Shown: positions 17,730 through 25,876 of the stretch, piece after piece | How the letters are laid out: every line of letters begins with the position of its first letter | Numbering within the stretch: the first letter of the stretch is position 1 | The notes under the pieces: model-generated | Databases searched by the model: none | What the model was told of the DNA's origin: nothing | Seen by the model: only the letters and a program-made list of their open reading frames with translations | Made by a program: the position numbers and the translations under genes | Origin: a virus | IMG/VR virus record: IMGVR_UViG_2788500025_000001 | Coordinates: 1 to 36,162 of that record | Length of the DNA: 36,162 nucleotides | Strand: one strand, 5' to 3'

Positions 17730-18233
17730 TCAATAGCCTTGGGCTACAGCCTGAGCCTTGATGACCCCAGACAACTGCTGCAAGTAGGGACCAACCTCGT
17801 ACTGGTACAACCCCCCGACAGCCGCAGTGCTGTGAGAAGAAGTCCCAACCACAGTGCCAGCAGGGTACTGCACCTGTCCTCCGCTTTGGGGGATCAGGAC
17901 ATTCGTAGGCAGGGTCAGGGTGTCTCCCGTGGAGGGATCAACACCGGCCCACCAGTTTGTTCGCAGGTCATCCACCACAGGAACCACGACACTCTGCCAC
18001 TGAGTCCAGTGGACCCACACAGGAAGACTGCCCTTCAAGGTCGGAATGGTGTCAGGGATCGGTTCGATCCCGAGGATCCCCACCTTCACAGATGGGTTGG
18101 ACCTGTCCGTACCAGGGAACACAGGCTTGGCGTGTCCCTTGAGCAGCAGAAAGATCGGGATGGGGAGCAGATCAGCCAACTCCGTGGCTGTCCTCACAGG
18201 GGCTATGCCCGTTCGATAGTCAGCCCGTGCCAT
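17730..18233 (-). CDS. Hypothetical protein, probably virion-associated
   Basis: AGGAGG RBS; late motif at 18259-18273; P/V/T/G-rich. Confidence 0.75.
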   Translation of the reverse strand: MARADYRTGIAPVRTATELADLLPIPIFLLLKGHAKPVFPGTDRSNPSVKVGILGIEPIPDTIPTLKGSLPVWVHWTQWQSVVVPVVDDLRTNWWAGVDPSTGDTLTLPTNVLIPQSGGQVQYPAGTVVGTSSHSTAAVGGLYQYEVGPYLQQLSGVIKAQAVAQGY

Positions 18234-18258
18234 GGTTCCTCCTACAGCGAGAGGTCCG

Positions 18259-18273
18259 ATAGACGGACTACGG
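18259..18273 (-). promoter_or_regulatory. Putative late-promoter motif CCGTAG-TCCGT-CTAT
   Basis: One mismatch to consensus; 25 nt upstream of ATG 18233. Confidence 0.6.
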
Positions 18274-18831
18274 AGAGGATCACAGGATCACTCGTCGCGG
18301 GTGTCGTTGTACTACTACTTGTATGCGTATGGGGTGTCTGGTGGTTGGTGGTTGTCGTGTCATTCATCGTGTGTGTCTTATTCAATCGGTCAACCTACGG
18401 TTTCCCTACTCCTAAGAAAAAGAGAGTACTCCTTCTCTCGGTCCCTCTCCTTGTGTGTCAGCGGAGAGGGCTGAGGATGCCTGGCTGAAGAACCTGACCC
18501 TTGAACACGGCTCGCTTGTGGATCCCCCTGACTCCCTTCCCAGTTGGGTGGTCAGGTTGTGGGAAGCACAAGGCCGAGTAGGCTGGCTCCGAAGACCCGC
18601 TCCTGTAGGAGGTAGGGTCAACCCTTCATCGGTTCCGTCGTGAGAAAGATCGTGTGACTGAGGCTGTTCCTTGACCTTCGGGTTTCCCCGATCCCGCACC
18701 GAGGGACCTCAAGCGAGCACACGATCTGACGAACCGGCCCATCCTGTTTCCCCCAGCCTGAGACTGGTGTCACGGGTAGTATCTACTCGACAGCAGGGCT
18801 CCGAGCAACCCCCCTGTGTGAGGATGGCCTT

Positions 18832-19143
18832 GTGTACCACGTTTGGATTGTGACGAGCCGCGATCTGGAACCGATCCAGTTGAGTGCTTCCTTCACGGAC
18901 GAACAGGAAGCACTGGGCTCCGCGTCAGACGCCCTCACTGCGATGGGTGCTGCCGTCCTGGCCGCACGGAACGCCTACAGGAATGGGTCGTTGACCTTGC
19001 TGGTGTACGACCCTACTGGCCTGTTGCCCTTGAGCGCCTTTGTAGAGGGCGCAGTGCTGTCGGAGAACGGTCGCAGCCTTCCCCCCGACGAGACCACCGA
19101 AACCATCGTCACGCGCCCCCTGGAGGGCGCGGTGGTCCACTGA
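18832..19143 (+). CDS. Hypothetical protein
   Basis: GAGGA RBS before a GTG; stop abuts the stop of the convergent gene at 19144. Confidence 0.55.
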   Translation: MYHVWIVTSRDLEPIQLSASFTDEQEALGSASDALTAMGAAVLAARNAYRNGSLTLLVYDPTGLLPLSAFVEGAVLSENGRSLPPDETTETIVTRPLEGAVVH

Positions 19144-20442
19144 CTACCGGTTGGCTACGAAGGTGTCGCCCCACCCTTTGCGGACGAGGCCCTCACTGTC
19201 GAGGTAGGCGAGGCACCGGTCGAGTCGTGGCTGGTCCATCCGCAGCGCCTTCTTGATCTCCTTCTTGGTGGACCACGGCTCCATGCGGAGCAGCGCCAGA
19301 GTGTTTTGGGCATCCTCACGAGTCTGGATGCCTTCGCGCAAGGCCGCCCGGACCTTGCTCCGGTTGGTGAGGGCACGGGTCGTGGAGCAACCGTCCATGT
19401 CGGCAATCTCTTCGGCACTCGCTCCTGCAATCATGGCGTCGTACACAGCGGTGTACCGCTCGACTGCGCCCCGGAACGCGGAGGCGACGATCTCCCGACC
19501 GACTCGGACCATCTCCTCTCGGTCCAGGTGAGTTGCAACCTCGTCCTCAGGGGTCATGCCGGGGTCCACCAGGACATGCTCCACAACCAGGTCCCCTTCG
19601 TCGGGCTTCATTCGGATGACCTCGATGTCCCCTGCCACCAGGCTTTCAGGGGCGACATAGTCCTCCTGGCCGAGTTCAATGCGTTGGTTGATCTCATGCT
19701 GGGTGCGAGCGCCGCGCTGACGGGCAAGGGCGTCCTGGGCGGACTTGTAGATGGAAGAGGTCCGCTTGCGTTCCAATGCCCGGCACAACCACGAGAACGG
19801 GACCGCGCCCTTCTCCTTGATGACCGCATCGAACGTGCCCTTCTGTCCCCAGGTCGCCAACCACAGGCCAGCGTCTGAACGGAGGTCATCGAAGTCAGCG
19901 TGGACATCGCGCTTCGCCAACATCGCGGCAAGTCGTTTGATGAGGCCGTGCTCCGCGATCTGAACAGCCAGCCACTCCTGGGTCAGGGTGGTGTGGGCAG
20001 GTGCAGGAGCCTTCACAGGAGGTGCAGGAGCCTCGACAGGAGCCTCGACAGGAGGCTCGACAGGGGCTTCCTCGACCACAGGCTCGACAGGCTGAGGGGT
20101 GGTCTCGACGGGGGTTGCGTCGGTGTTGCTCTCCGGGAGCACGTCCAGGACGATCTCGCGGTCTCCCTCACGGAGGGTGGCGAGCAGGGTCTCGGGCTGA
20201 CCTCGGAGGGCAGCGAGCAGAGCGGATGCAAAGCGGGTCTGAGCCCCAGCGCCCTTGAAGCCATTTTGGAGCACGAGGTCACGGCGGACGATGCTGCGCT
20301 TGCGGCCCTGCTCTTCGGCGGTGGCGGTGATCCAGACGCTGATCTCTCGCTCGACCGAGGCGTCGTCCTCGGGAGTGGCGGTGAAGCCGCTGATCAGGTT
20401 GGTGAGAAGGGCGAGACGGCGTGGGGTGGTCTTTGAAGACAT
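19144..20442 (-). CDS. Divergent sigma-factor-like protein with N-terminal extension, Pro/Glu linker and extra C-terminal winged helix
   Basis: Region-2-like DFDDLRSDAGLWL...PFSWLCRALERK; region-4-like GASAEEIADMDGCSTTRALTNRSKVRAALRE; C-terminal STKKEIKKALRMDQPRLDRCLAYLDSEGLV wHTH; AGGA RBS before ATG 20442 (20475 alternative). Confidence 0.6.
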   Translation of the reverse strand: MSSKTTPRRLALLTNLISGFTATPEDDASVEREISVWITATAEEQGRKRSIVRRDLVLQNGFKGAGAQTRFASALLAALRGQPETLLATLREGDREIVLDVLPESNTDATPVETTPQPVEPVVEEAPVEPPVEAPVEAPAPPVKAPAPAHTTLTQEWLAVQIAEHGLIKRLAAMLAKRDVHADFDDLRSDAGLWLATWGQKGTFDAVIKEKGAVPFSWLCRALERKRTSSIYKSAQDALARQRGARTQHEINQRIELGQEDYVAPESLVAGDIEVIRMKPDEGDLVVEHVLVDPGMTPEDEVATHLDREEMVRVGREIVASAFRGAVERYTAVYDAMIAGASAEEIADMDGCSTTRALTNRSKVRAALREGIQTREDAQNTLALLRMEPWSTKKEIKKALRMDQPRLDRCLAYLDSEGLVRKGWGDTFVANR

Positions 20443-20548
20443 ATCGTTCCTGGGTTTGCCAGCAGGGCTGGTCATGCGATGGTTTTTGCGATCAGGTCAG
20501 GACAGGCGACGGTGCTACAAGGAGCGGGTCTTTGGTCGTGACCCTACG

Positions 20549-20577
20549 GTTGTAGCACGGGGGGAGCAGGAGGTCAA
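20549..20577 (-). promoter_or_regulatory. Host sigma70-type promoter TTGACC-N17-TACAAC
   Basis: Near-consensus -35/-10 with exact 17-nt spacer, upstream of the sigma-like gene 19144-20442. Confidence 0.6.
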
Positions 20578-20631
20578 CCTGATTGGGCCACTTTGTTCCA
20601 CTTTGCTCCACGTCCCCCGATTAGCGTTGCT

Positions 20632-20680
20632 CGGTAGAGTGGCTATGCCCACGGACCAGTGATCTCGGTAGTCCCTCTAT
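20632..20680 (+). promoter_or_regulatory. Two tandem putative late-promoter motifs (CGGTAG-AGTGG-CTAT 20632-20646; CGGTAG-TCCCT-CTAT 20666-20680)
   Basis: Two perfect consensus copies upstream of the 777-aa gene. Confidence 0.7.
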
Positions 20681-20716
20681 GGGAAGCCGGGGTGTACGAC
20701 CTACGGAGACTTCCCC

Positions 20717-23050
20717 ATGTTTCAGCCAACTGACCGCGCCCCCCTGTTGCGTCTTGCGTCGAGCCTCCCTGTAGGCTCTTCGGAGCGTAGAACCATCCTC
20801 GCCGCCTTGAAGAAAGAGGCCGGGATCATGGACGACACGTTGGCGCGGGCGGACCTGATTTCGGGTGCTCTCAAGAAGAGTAAGACCGCTGACCGTGGGC
20901 CTGTCCTGGAGGTCATGCAGGGCGGCATCGGAGGATTCTTCGACAAGTGGAATACATGGGTGAAGGAAAAGGCCCCCGAATACGGAGCCAAAGACCTCGC
21001 AGAACTCCGTGAGTCTGCCGATCTCAGCGACGAGGACCGTGATGCTCTGGAGGGTTTCGACAAGCGGCTCAAGACCTACGGCCCCATCGCATCCCAACTC
21101 CTTGACCTGCTGGGTCAGATCGGAGAGGCCGAGAAGGACACCTACGACATCCTGTCCAACCGCAAGGACTACAAGTTGCGCGAAGCCGTCATGGCAGGCG
21201 CAGCCAAGGGTATCCACGGCATGGTTTCTACGATGCCCTCGGGTCGTCGCCAGGTCACGGACATCGGACGGGGTGGGATCACCACTCCTGGGTCACATGG
21301 CGTAGACGCGGAAGACCTCGCCCAGGTCTTCCTGGGTGGCGGCATGTACTTGCCAGGCATGATCTTCGACATGAACATCAAGGACAAGACCGACATTGGT
21401 CAGGGCTACAAGGTCAAAGGCGCGTTCAAGGAGCGCAAGAAGGTCTGGTCACCTGCGGGAACGAGCGTCTACACCATCTCTGGTGCCGCACGCGGACCCT
21501 ACGTCAAGCCTGCCGCCAACTACGCCCGCACTGTGGCTATGAACGCCGCTATCGACTGGAAGCGCAGCGTCCACGTCGAGTTGGAGTACATTCTCACCCC
21601 TGCGGAAGACCAGGAAAACGCAGGCACCTCAGCCATCAACATGGGAGGCAAGGCGAGCCTGGAGACTCTCATGGGAGCCGAAGAGATCGCAGGCGTCCCT
21701 GTCAGCAGGCAGATGATCCTGGCTCAGTACTACATCAGGAAGATCGAGTCGAAGTTGGACAAGATGCTCAATGAGGGGGTCGCCAAGGCTACCTGGCAGG
21801 CAGTCATGACCCTGATCAAGGACCGGAAGAACCCCTGGAAGAAGGATGGGGCTGGAGACTTCTCCATCAACGTCCCCGTCATTGTGAAGTTCCTGGAGAG
21901 CACCCGCGAAGGCCAGGAGATCATGGAAGCGAACGGCATGGAGAAGGCGAACAAGGGCATCATGCAGGCTCGCTGGAAGGATGCTGTGAAGAGCCTGAAG
22001 AAGGCGCTGACTCAGTTGTCCGACGACGATCTGCTCTCCTCTCTCCACCTCACCCTGGAAGGGTTGGTGGATGATGTCCCCGCGTACATCCGCGAGATCA
22101 AGGACGACAAGGACCTCTACCAGACATACCTCTCGGACCTGCGGAAGACCGCTTCTGAGCAGAAGGAGCAGAAGACCGCCATGAAGACCCTCACCGCATC
22201 TGAACGCTCGGCGATGGTCCGCCTGGCCGCAACCCTGCCTGTGGGATCACCGGAACGCCGTGCGATCCTTGCTGGCTGCGAGAAGTTGCCCGCTGGCGCG
22301 ATGCGGGACAACTGCGAGAAGTCGAAGAAGGACGGCGTGCAGCCCGGCAAGGGCAAGTCGAAGGCGAAGTCCGACAGCAAGAAGGACGACGGCAAGATGC
22401 CCGCCGAGTTGCTGGAGAAGTTCAAGAGCAAGAAGAAGGCTGGCGAAACCACGACCCTGACCTTCGATGTCAAGTACCTCATGCCCCTCGTCAACATCCT
22501 CAACAAGGACGGCTACGAGGTGAGACAAACGAGATCGGGGATGGAGATCGTCGGCCACCGCCGCTTCGACCGCATGGCAGCCCAGGTGCCCGACGCTCTC
22601 AAGAAGCACCAGTTCACCTCCGAGGACAACCCCAACCCGAAGGGCAACGACAAGGACGGCGACGGCAAGTCCAACGAGCCGAGTCCCGTGAAGGGCAAGA
22701 CGGCAGCAGCGAAACTGTCCCCCGAGCAGATCAGTGAGATCAAGGGTGAGATGGTCAAGAACGGCGTGCCTGTTCGTTTCATGAAGGGTGGCGGCAGCCT
22801 CAACATCGAGACAGGGAAGACCACCCCCCGTGGTGCCAACGTCATGCACCAGATCGTCTACTGGAACTTCACGAAGGAGACCGCGAAGAAGATCGCTGAC
22901 TGGCTCGGTGCCCGTGCCTCGTTCGACAAGTCCGCCTCCTTCAAGGGCAAGAAGGCTTCTGACAAGGCTGCACTGATTCGCCTGGCTGCCACACTCCCTG
23001 TGGGATCACCGGAACGCAAGGACATCATTCGCATGGCCACTGGAGCATGA
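20717..23050 (+). CDS. 777-aa multi-segment protein: three type-B leader copies, an ECF-sigma-like domain and K-rich low-complexity segments
   Basis: RLAxxLPVGSxER at the N-terminus, after the internal Met at 22181 and at the C-terminus; DAEDLAQVFL and RTVAMNAAIDWKR sigma region-2 motifs. Confidence 0.8.
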   Translation: MFQPTDRAPLLRLASSLPVGSSERRTILAALKKEAGIMDDTLARADLISGALKKSKTADRGPVLEVMQGGIGGFFDKWNTWVKEKAPEYGAKDLAELRESADLSDEDRDALEGFDKRLKTYGPIASQLLDLLGQIGEAEKDTYDILSNRKDYKLREAVMAGAAKGIHGMVSTMPSGRRQVTDIGRGGITTPGSHGVDAEDLAQVFLGGGMYLPGMIFDMNIKDKTDIGQGYKVKGAFKERKKVWSPAGTSVYTISGAARGPYVKPAANYARTVAMNAAIDWKRSVHVELEYILTPAEDQENAGTSAINMGGKASLETLMGAEEIAGVPVSRQMILAQYYIRKIESKLDKMLNEGVAKATWQAVMTLIKDRKNPWKKDGAGDFSINVPVIVKFLESTREGQEIMEANGMEKANKGIMQARWKDAVKSLKKALTQLSDDDLLSSLHLTLEGLVDDVPAYIREIKDDKDLYQTYLSDLRKTASEQKEQKTAMKTLTASERSAMVRLAATLPVGSPERRAILAGCEKLPAGAMRDNCEKSKKDGVQPGKGKSKAKSDSKKDDGKMPAELLEKFKSKKKAGETTTLTFDVKYLMPLVNILNKDGYEVRQTRSGMEIVGHRRFDRMAAQVPDALKKHQFTSEDNPNPKGNDKDGDGKSNEPSPVKGKTAAAKLSPEQISEIKGEMVKNGVPVRFMKGGGSLNIETGKTTPRGANVMHQIVYWNFTKETAKKIADWLGARASFDKSASFKGKKASDKAALIRLAATLPVGSPERKDIIRMATGA

Positions 23051-23051
23051 C

Positions 23052-23687
23052 ATGAACAAGCAAGCACTCCGAGAGGCGATGATCGCCGAGGGCATGATCC
23101 GAAAGGCAAGCCCCTCTCTCCCCAGGCCACGGCGCAACACCCGTGCGGGGGAGAAGTTCGTCAGCAAGGTTCGTCAGTGGATGCGTGCGGACATCCAGGC
23201 CCAGATGGAACAGGCGGGCGTACCCCAGAAGCGGATCGAGGAACTGATCTCCTACCACAACGGAATCGCCACGGCCTTCGACTGGCGCTTGAAGGACCTC
23301 TCCCAGGTAGACCTGATCGGCTGGATCGAGGGCAAGTGGACTCCTCCTGGCCCGATTGGGTACGGCTCTGCGAAGACCTACCCTCAGATCCTCAAGCAAC
23401 AGGCCCAGCAGTACGGTGGTGCTTCTACCGCTGCCCGAGACCAGACCCTCTCCATCGCAAACAAGTTGAGCAAGGACCAGAAGGCCCTTGCTTTCGCAGC
23501 GATGCGCCTGGGCCTCCACTACAGCAGCATTGACGAGCCTATCGGGTCGTCAATGCAGAGGGGGAAAGCCGCGAAGGCGTTGATGGAGCACATCGGCGAA
23601 ACCAGGACGGACAACCTGGCCAAGATGCTTCCCATCCTCCAGTGGGCTGCAAAGTGCCCGTCCACGATCCCGGTCATGGACTACTGA
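23052..23687 (+). CDS. Type-A-leader protein 4 (putative internal head protein)
   Basis: MNKQALREAMIAEGMIRKA leader; starts 1 nt after the stop of 20717-23050. Confidence 0.8.
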   Translation: MNKQALREAMIAEGMIRKASPSLPRPRRNTRAGEKFVSKVRQWMRADIQAQMEQAGVPQKRIEELISYHNGIATAFDWRLKDLSQVDLIGWIEGKWTPPGPIGYGSAKTYPQILKQQAQQYGGASTAARDQTLSIANKLSKDQKALAFAAMRLGLHYSSIDEPIGSSMQRGKAAKALMEHIGETRTDNLAKMLPILQWAAKCPSTIPVMDY

Positions 23688-23725
23688 GGGCGCGGGTACA
23701 GTCCCAGACGAACCTCGGGACTGCT

Positions 23726-24106
23726 ATGCCGACCTACGAATACAAGTGCGAGAAGTGCGACCACGGCTTTGAACGGCTGCTTCGCATCTCGCAGTACAAG
23801 GAACCCCAGGCTTGCCCTGAGTGCGGGCACGGCCCTGCCAAGAAGCAAGTCTCGATGGGGTCAGGCTTCATCCTGCGTGGCGACGGCTGGGCCGGGAAGA
23901 ACAACCGGGTCAAGGGACAGATGCGCCGCAAGAACGCTCGCCTCAAGGGCAAGGAGAACGAGTGGAAGCGCGATTCCGGGCCGACCCTGGCCCCCAACGT
24001 CGGTGGTGAGCGCACGGAGTCCTGGTCGGACGCCAGCAAACTGGCCGCCTCCCAGGGCAAGGACACGAGCGGCTACGACAAGTTGGCCCGCAAGGAGAAG
24101 AAGTGA
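23726..24106 (+). CDS. FmdB-family zinc-ribbon protein
   Basis: MPTYEYKCEKCDHGFE...CPECG...GFILRGDGW, the classic FmdB/CxxC_CxxC_SSSS pattern. Confidence 0.85.
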   Translation: MPTYEYKCEKCDHGFERLLRISQYKEPQACPECGHGPAKKQVSMGSGFILRGDGWAGKNNRVKGQMRRKNARLKGKENEWKRDSGPTLAPNVGGERTESWSDASKLAASQGKDTSGYDKLARKEKK

Positions 24107-24345
24107 CGCGGGGTGAAGACCCCCCACATCAGCCTCCCGCTCCGAGCGGGTTCAAGGACTCGTTCAACAAGTCCTTCCAGTTGACCTTCTTCGCCACCAC
24201 CTTCGTCATCATCGCCTTCGCAGCCCTCGGAGTCAGGATCGCCCGACGCTTGAAGCGGGACCGTGAGCGGAACAAGAACATCATCGACGCTGACTGGTCC
24301 CCGGTCGAGGCCGAAAGCGATGAGACTGATCTCACTGTTCGTTAG
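24103..24345 (+). CDS. Small single-pass membrane protein
   Basis: GTGA overlap; TM FFATTFVIIAFAALGV followed by a basic stretch. Confidence 0.6.
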   Translation: MTRGEDPPHQPPAPSGFKDSFNKSFQLTFFATTFVIIAFAALGVRIARRLKRDRERNKNIIDADWSPVEAESDETDLTVR

Positions 24346-24354
24346 GCAGCCTAT
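24340..24354 (+). promoter_or_regulatory. Putative late-promoter motif CGTTAG-GCAGC-CTAT
   Basis: Overlaps the TAG stop; 26 nt upstream of ATG 24381. Confidence 0.6.
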
Positions 24355-24380
24355 CGGCCTTGTCTGGACAGGAGATCACC

Positions 24381-25085
24381 ATGGCGACCCCTTTCCTCGT
24401 TGACCGTTACCCCGGCGTCATTTCGATGGCTGTGGCGAACCGACCCAGCGTGGCTTCGTACCGCTTCGGTGCGGCCAACACGCTCGACCTGGCGTTCGCT
24501 GGGGTCACCGCCCTGGCTGATGTCCGAAAGGACACCTCGTTCCGCTCCCCTACCCTGGTGACCTCTGCGCTCAACCGCAGCGCCGACTCCCGGAAGGGGC
24601 AGACTCGTTTCTCGGTGGACATGAACGACTACGCTTCGCTCGCCAATGTGTCGGGTGATGCCGCGACAGCCTACTTCCGGGTCCAGGAGATCGACCACTC
24701 CGGGACCGCTCGCCCTGCGGGACCCATCATGGTTGTCCCACCTGCCTACTTCAACACGTCGCCCTACCGCACTCTGTCTCTGACTGGCACCGCCCCGGAC
24801 ACGACCGGGACGCCGACCGGCCTGCCCCCGGCAGGGGTGATGGTGATCTCGCTGCCTGTGCATGTGGATGATCTCACCATCTACAACGACGACTCAAGCA
24901 ACGAGGCCAGCCTGTTCATCGGCCTGGGGCCAGGACAGCAAGAAATCGAAGTCCCCTACAACGTGAGCAACGTGAGCGGCGCGGATATGACCCTGCCATT
25001 CGGCGGTTCCGTCATCTACATTCGGGGCGACGGCGAAGACGTACCTTTTCGACTGACCATGACTCTCGTGGCGGGTCTTCGATAG
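24381..25085 (+). CDS. Putative virion structural protein (beta-rich)
   Basis: AGGAGATCACCATG; S/T/G/P/V-rich; late motif upstream. Confidence 0.7.
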   Translation: MATPFLVDRYPGVISMAVANRPSVASYRFGAANTLDLAFAGVTALADVRKDTSFRSPTLVTSALNRSADSRKGQTRFSVDMNDYASLANVSGDAATAYFRVQEIDHSGTARPAGPIMVVPPAYFNTSPYRTLSLTGTAPDTTGTPTGLPPAGVMVISLPVHVDDLTIYNDDSSNEASLFIGLGPGQQEIEVPYNVSNVSGADMTLPFGGSVIYIRGDGEDVPFRLTMTLVAGLR

Positions 25086-25094
25086 TCATTCAAT
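25080..25094 (+). promoter_or_regulatory. Putative late-promoter motif CGATAG-TCATT-CAAT
   Basis: Overlaps the TAG stop; upstream of 25143. Confidence 0.55.
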
Positions 25095-25142
25095 ACTCGC
25101 CCCAAAGGGTGAGGACCACAACCTTCCTACTGGAGAAATCTC

Positions 25143-25871
25143 ATGGCCAACGAAGCATACATCTACCGCCTTCGCACCGATCTCGGAGCGGGCGCGTTTC
25201 AGATCACCGATCTGCTCCCCAACACCTCCCGCCGAGCCTTCTCGTACCAGTCCTACGGACAGAGCGGCTACCTGCCTGCTGCTGCTCCCGGAGTCAGTGC
25301 GACCAACCCCACCGATGATGGTGGTGGCGCTGGTGGTGTGACAACCAACGACAGCACGGGCCTCGCTGCCTACATGCTGGGCAACACCAACGACGGCACC
25401 AGTGGCCAGCAGATCACTGCTGCACAGGCTATCGCCGCTGAGACCACCCTCCTCGGCGCGTTCGCTTCGGGCACGCAGGTCACCGAGACCGAGATCGAGG
25501 CTGCACTGGTGGGCGCTGGTTGCGGTGCGGACACCCTTCCCTTCCCGTCGCAGATCCCCGGCAGCGTGTCTGGAACCGCTTCCTCCGCTGGTGGTGTGGC
25601 TTCCGTGGGAACTCGGAACGACTTCTACAAGGCGCTTTTCAGTTCCTACACGCTCCCCACGGGCTCCGTTTCGGACGCCACGGTCGCGCTGGCAGCAGCG
25701 CAGGGTTCGTTCGACGATGACGACTACCGCCAGTTGTACATGTCGGGCGCGATGAACATCTCCCTGGGCCAGGGCGACCTCGCTACCTTCTGCTCCACCA
25801 CCTTCTCCTACGGTGGTGTCGCTGGCGCTGCTGCTGTGGTCTACGGACCCGGCGGACTCGTCGTCTCCTAA
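25143..25871 (+). CDS. Putative virion structural protein (A/G/S/T-rich)
   Basis: GGAGA RBS; composition typical of capsid decoration or tail proteins; terminator follows. Confidence 0.7.
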   Translation: MANEAYIYRLRTDLGAGAFQITDLLPNTSRRAFSYQSYGQSGYLPAAAPGVSATNPTDDGGGAGGVTTNDSTGLAAYMLGNTNDGTSGQQITAAQAIAAETTLLGAFASGTQVTETEIEAALVGAGCGADTLPFPSQIPGSVSGTASSAGGVASVGTRNDFYKALFSSYTLPTGSVSDATVALAAAQGSFDDDDYRQLYMSGAMNISLGQGDLATFCSTTFSYGGVAGAAAVVYGPGGLVVS

Positions 25872-25876
25872 TCTTT

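Noticed and set aside
17529-18488. 319-aa ORF on + strand spanning the intergenic region
   Set aside because: Overlaps two better-supported - strand genes; low-complexity translation
19990-20110. GGAGCCTCGACA-type 12-bp repeats
   Set aside because: Explained by the PVEA/PVEP linker of the sigma-like protein on the - strand
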